Assembly (NCBI RefSeq): GCF_000315625.1
Contig: NW_005434642.1
Coordinates: 3,080 to 67,079, forward strand
Length of the DNA: 64,000 nt
Source: Guillardia theta CCMP2712
Lineage: Eukaryota > Protista > Cryptophyta
Direction of reading: 5' to 3'
The first letter of the stretch is position 1, and the number at the start of each line of letters is the position of its first letter. The notes under the pieces are model-generated. The model did no database searches and was not told where the DNA came from. It was given only the letters and a program-made list of their open reading frames with translations. The position numbers were made by a program, and so were the translations under genes. Shown in pieces: positions 58,736 through 64,000 of the stretch.

Positions 58736-59254
58736 AGGATTCGTAGATGTTATTGATTCTCTACAAGATGTTGCCGACATGATCAGTCATTGCAGTCATC
58801 ACATTTACATGTAAATTTAGGAACTCAGAGCAAGCAAACAGTAAACGATTGGTGGAAATCAATATGTGTTCGAGTTTTCAAGAATTATGCGCCATTGCAC
58901 GAGGTCAAAGGTTATCTATCCCGCAGACTTGCAGAGCTTTCACATCTAACGCTTCGACCCATCGTCGTTTCACTCTGTCCTTCACTCCTTCGGGACGAAC
59001 CGGAACATGGCAGGCGGGAGGGCCTCCTCTGCTGCAAGTTTGGGTCTCCACTCGAAGATCGGATCCTAGGAGAGAGTTAGTTCTTGTGATGTACAGGAGG
59101 AAGTGAAAGAAATGTTTTCACCTCTATGATTCCCTGGCGCTTCAACAAAGTGCTCTGGTCGTCGCTCATGATCTCCACGCACTGGAGATAAAAATTAAGA
59201 CACGGAACAGCAACATGCGCATGCCCGTCTACCTGAACTAGAGCATGAGAGCTG

Positions 59255-61151
59255 TCAGCTGACCTGAACGCCTTGAAGAACTGAAGGCCCACCAACGTCA
59301 CGAAAAAGCTGCTCACCAAACAGGTTTCATACCTTTCTCAACAATCTTAGCGGGATGTATTGCTCCATCACATCCACAAAGTCGTTCTCGAACTTTACAG
59401 AGACAGCTTCGAGGAGCAACGTCAGCATCTAGCGGGTAAGATCTCTCCTCATCTCACCGTCGTAGGGCGGCAGGACTGCCAGACATCGCTCGTCATTGGC
59501 CTGCACGAGTAAAATCATAGGCAGCTCAAAAGAAATGCACAATAGATCCAACCTGGCAATTTCCGTACGCATCTTTATCCTTGTCATCCAGCAACACGAT
59601 CGTTACGGGTTTGTCTGGCATTCCGCGCTCCCTGTGAGTATTGTTAGAGTAAACCTGCAGGAACAATCTTGAGCGATGTTACTTGTTCTTCTTCGAGATC
59701 AGCTTTGCGATTCTAGCCATATCTTTTTGTTGCCCTCTGACGCCAACAAGAGGTCTTTCTTCTTGAACAATTCCCGCGTGCTTGTTCGCACTGATGTCCA
59801 GCAGTTGCAGGGCCAGCTTGTTCGCATCCACTACAGGTCTCCCCGAAACCTCGTGGGGGTCATCTTGAAACATCCCTACCAGTCCATTCTCATCGGATAC
59901 ATCCCGAACAATCTGTCCAGCAACTGTACGATCTTTGTTCGTAAAAGTCCACCACTTTGCCTGCGGGTGGCAGTTTACAAATTCCTTCAAACCCGGACGA
60001 GACAAGAAATGGATCATGCTATCGAGAGCCTGAGACATATTGAACTGTTTGCAGTATTCGATGAATTCATGCCTGGTCTGCAGATCCACCTGTGGAGGAA
60101 TGAAATCCATGTCATGCTGCAACTCTTCCTTCCACCATAGCACGCATTTCAACACTAGCTCGACATCGTTTGTCCCCTCGCCGACCAACTTCGACTGGTC
60201 GACATCCCACACCAAGTGCAACTCTGTTCCCGCTGCATACTCATAATTTCCATCCTTGGTCTTGGTAACTCCATAGATCGGTATGCCATACCACGTCCCG
60301 ATCCTGAATTCATCCTCCAAATGCTGCGGGAGGGGCGTATCTCCGGCAGGGATTCCAGCGCCGAACGAAGGACCTCTCTGCATTTTCCCTGTAGTTCGCC
60401 CGTCAACCCGACGGATGGAAGGCTTGATCTTCTTCGCCTTCGTCAGCGTCTCATCCTCCTCGGAGTGATGGTCGGGAGAGCCGATCGGGGACGTGACGTA
60501 CTCCTCAACGGACGGCATGTCATACCATTTGCCGACATCATGCTCCTTGAGAATCGAGGCGATCTTCGACGCTGCGCCCTTCTGAAACACGCTGAAGTCT
60601 CTCTCGACCTGCTTGCTGCATGCCCTCCACTGAGTCACTTCGCTCGTTATCTCGGGAGGAATGTTCCCCCACCGCCCTCGGGTCACTATGATCCTTTCAA
60701 GCGCCATCATCCTTCGAATAGCACTCCTGCAACGGGCCGCCTGCAGCAGGAAGGATTTTTCTTGGTTCCTCATCAAGATCATCAAGTCTGCAAGCGGAGA
60801 CGCCTTGTCATGCAGAGGCAGCGCATGGCTGACATTCATGCGCCTCCCAGAGTCATGAGAGCTGCTCCCTGCATTGTAGCTGCTAAAACCGTAGGCTTCA
60901 AGCTTTGATGGCACGTAGAGGTCATTGTTCATCTGTAGATATTCGGGTTCATGCAGGTCGGAAGACATGCGATCTTTGAGCTGCAGGTTGAAAGATCCTG
61001 TCTTGTCAGAGGGGATCGCCGGCCAAGTTAGAACGCGTTTCAATGTGAACCTGTCAGGAGGGGATTGGACGAACATCGAAGTCCCAGCAACAAGGTGAGC
61101 CAGCAGAAGAAGGTGAAAGAATGCTTTCATCTTCGATACTATCGTTCTCAT
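59255..61151 (-). CDS. HAD-superfamily, FCP1/SCP (NIF)-like phosphatase with N-terminal signal peptide
   Basis: LVWDVDQSKL (motif I), SRPGLKEFV, WTFTNK (II), KDMA (III), spliced VTIVLLDDK (IV); MKAFFHLLLLAHLVAG signal-like; four small 3' exons end VLQGVQVS-stop. Confidence 0.7.
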
Positions 61152-62298
61152 CCTTCCTCAACCTTTTAATCCGCCTACCCAGGAAGATGGTTTGTCAATA
61201 CGTTTCTGACAACTACCACAGCATCCGATCCTGCTGGTACACTCAGAATGGTGGGATTAGCTTCCTTGGAAGGACGGTATCTTCACGAAATGACTTCATG
61301 CTCTGCGAAGAGAGCATCGAGGTTTCGCCACCTGCCCATCCCCCGGCTCCCGTCAGCCTGCGCTCTTCTTCCCTGCATGGCGCCGCAACCTCACACCCTG
61401 CTACGGCCAGAAGTACAGTACGGATAGATATCTATATATATATAATCATATATATATATGTACAGCTTTTGTACAATACAAAAAACAACAGTACAAAATT
61501 TTTTGTATTGTTGTCCCTTTGATCACTACCTGTCTACAATATATATGTGAGTAACTTAAATTTGGAGTTAATACCCTATTTCTCCACAGCAAAGATGAAA
61601 CTTCCATATCTGGTTTGACCAGACGCACCAACTTTTAAATAAATTTTTTATAAAATCATCCCAAAAATGATTACAAAGTGTACCTCTATATTCTTGGATC
61701 AAGGGAAAATAAGCCTTATAAAATATATTGGTACAAATGTAGGGGCGTTATATAAGTATGATAAAACCTTTTTCCAATAAAGTGTTGTTAATTTAAAACT
61801 GTATATAAGTGTCTGCCAGGGCCCCAGCCCGGCCGGCCGGTCCCGGCCCGGGTGCCACTAACTTGACCGCCGTACGGTGCCACCTGGCGTCGAGTCAGAC
61901 CGGGGCCGGCCGTCACCGTCCACGGCCCGGCGCCGCTGGGACTCCGACTGTGCTGTACGGTACCGTCGCCCGGCGGCGTCGTCACTGAGCCTCCCGGAGG
62001 CTCCGGCGAGGCACCGTGGTCCGGCCGGCCCGGGCGGCGGCGGCGGCCCACTGCGCCCGAGCTGCAGTGCGGCCCGCGGGCGGCGGGGCCGGGCCCGGCA
62101 GGCAGTCACTGCCGTGGCCGCGGTGACGGGAGTAGACTCTGACAGTGAGGGGCTGACTCTCACGGTGAGCCTCCTGAGTGCAGTGAGCCAGCTGGCACTG
62201 CGGCAGACTCCGAGCTGAGCCTGACTAAGAGTCCCCGGACCGTCACAGTGCCAGTCACCCGGTTGTGGCCCGGCGGCGTTGAAGTTCAACGCCGGAAG

Positions 62299-63497
62299 TT
62301 AGCCTTGAATCCTGCCCGGCATACCAACGACCTTGCCCAGCTGATTCTCAGTCTCAAAAGCCTCGACGAGGCTGAAAGACTTGTGCTGGTCGATTATTTG
62401 CTGCCGTTTGTCTGGCGATATTCTCTGATAATGCTTGACAACCACCATGATGTACCTGCGGCATTCTTGGTTCAGAAGCGTCGGAATGCTTCCCGACAAG
62501 TTCGAGCTGTTCTTACCTTAATTGTACATCCCCATCGAAGGAGACTTCCGGAAGCTGATAAGGCAAGATAATCTCATCAACCTTGGCTGCTTCTTGGCTC
62601 AAACTGCAGTCATTGGCCCCACAGTTTGCTCGTCGGTTTCCAATGGCCCAAAGGAGGGAGCTGGAGGACAGGAATCAGAGACGTCGAATCTAATAACATG
62701 CTTGTTTCTCCAACAACAATCCTAGACATGTCAGCGTTCGTCTCACATTTATCCTTCACGTGTCATTCTTTGAGCAGAAATCCTCGCACACGATAACACA
62801 CCGCGTTACCGACCGGGTATTTTTTCCATCGTGCATTCTTCTCAGCTCGAACATGAAGAAGCTGAACAGCATTGGCATATCTTGTTGGTCCGATCCCGGT
62901 GCAGGTGCAGGCCATGCGATCTGAGGAGGAGCCGAAAGCATCTTTGCGGGCAATTCTTCCGTTGAATCTAATCTGAACCTGCGGGGGAAATGATCACGCT
63001 ACAGCATGACTTGAAGTGAGTACACGCCTTAAGTCTTCGTACAAGAGCTGCAGATCAATCATTGTGTCAGCTAACATATCCTCTTCAACAACAGTAGGAA
63101 TGAATTCCATCTGCTTCGCACCAGCAACCAAATCTGCTTTCAATTTCTTCAATTTTTCCAACCTGGACTTGTTGCGACGTCCCAGGACGCGAAGGATAGC
63201 CTCTCTCTCCCTCTCTGTCTTCTCACTCCAATCTGATATCCTCCTCATGCTGCCGTCCTCATTTATCACCAGCGGGCCAAGACGATCCTGTAAACTCAGT
63301 CGTCCCCCAACCTCAAGCGTCCCGTCGGATTCTCCTACAGCCGGCAACCCTGGAGTTCTGTCCTTTCTCTCACTTGTGCATGCCCCCTCTGCATCTGCTG
63401 CAAGCGCAGAGCTCATGAAAACGCTGGAGCCCATAGCGAGCAGCATGAGGATCGGGCGGCTGCTGCTGCCATTAATTCCAGCACCAATCCTGTCCAT
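62299..63497 (-). CDS. Conserved uncharacterised protein with signal-like N-terminus (3' exons uncertain)
   Basis: LGPLVINEDGSMRRISDWSEKTEREREAILRVLGRRNKSRL resembles a small uncharacterised domain I recall from fungi and algae; hydrophobic ILMLLAMGSSVFMSSALA. Confidence 0.55.
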
Positions 63498-64000
63498 GGA
63501 ATTTCGGCCCGGAGTGAGCAGACTCTGAGGCGGGTAAACATTGTATAAAAAGTGAAAAGTATTTCTTTGGGAGGTTAATTGTCTATTTTTACATCTCCCG
63601 GTAGTATTCTTTTAAATGTTTATAGTTACCAATGCCAAGCTCCGAAAAAAGCATTTTATCCGCGCGCCATGGTGAGGTCCCGTACACCTGCAACGATTCA
63701 AGCACGCCCCCCCTTGCTAAGTCCACCCATGCTCCTCTACCGATCCTTCCTGTCATCATATCATGCTTGAACCGTCCTCCTGCCTCGTCTTCCTCCCTGT
63801 TGGTCTGCAACGGTTGACGTGGGTCTGTCCCGATCTCCGCTGTGCCACTCAATGCAGCAGCGAGATTTCCTTCTGCCCCTTTCCTGCGCAAGGGCGGCCT
63901 CGGTCACTTTGTTCAGCAAGCTTCTTCCTCCCCCCGTCCCCCGCCATTCCTGTCTTTCCTGTTCACCGCCCCTCCGCCAATTCTGTTCACTTCGCAATCA

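Noticed and set aside
63589-64000. Minus-strand ORF fragments at the window end
   Set aside because: May be the 3' end of a further gene, but too little sequence to support a call

Overview
Gene-dense eukaryotic nuclear DNA with many short (~45-55 nt) GT-AG introns, CTGAC/CTAAC branch points, introns swollen by simple repeats, and two assembly gaps. Signal-peptide + Phe plastid presequences, RWP-RK paralogues and a DTD-type channelrhodopsin point to a cryptophyte alga (Guillardia/Hanusia-like; inference). About 21 genes were reconstructed by hand: C2-domain protein, selenoprotein S, PAM16, PQ-loop protein, TALE homeodomain TF, plastid-type mitochondrial-carrier-family protein, small TM protein, RDH-like SDR, bacteriorhodopsin-like cation channelrhodopsin, large helical unknown protein, TFIIIC90-like/ankyrin fusion, MsrB, two divergent RWP-RK TFs, ARPC5, a myristoylated unknown, GBP-pseudoGTPase/PX fusion, 2OG-Fe(II) oxygenase, ARP8, degenerate trans-prenyltransferase, FCP1-like HAD phosphatase with signal peptide, and a conserved unknown. 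Highlights that the ORF track misses or truncates: the intron-fragmented channelrhodopsin, UGA-Sec recoding of SelS with a proximal hairpin and a non-canonical SECIS, two pseudoenzymes, a motif shared by the RWP-RK pair, and a two-vocabulary grammar of the intergenic spacers. All family calls come from motif recognition, not database searches. Gene ends in low-complexity regions are approximate.
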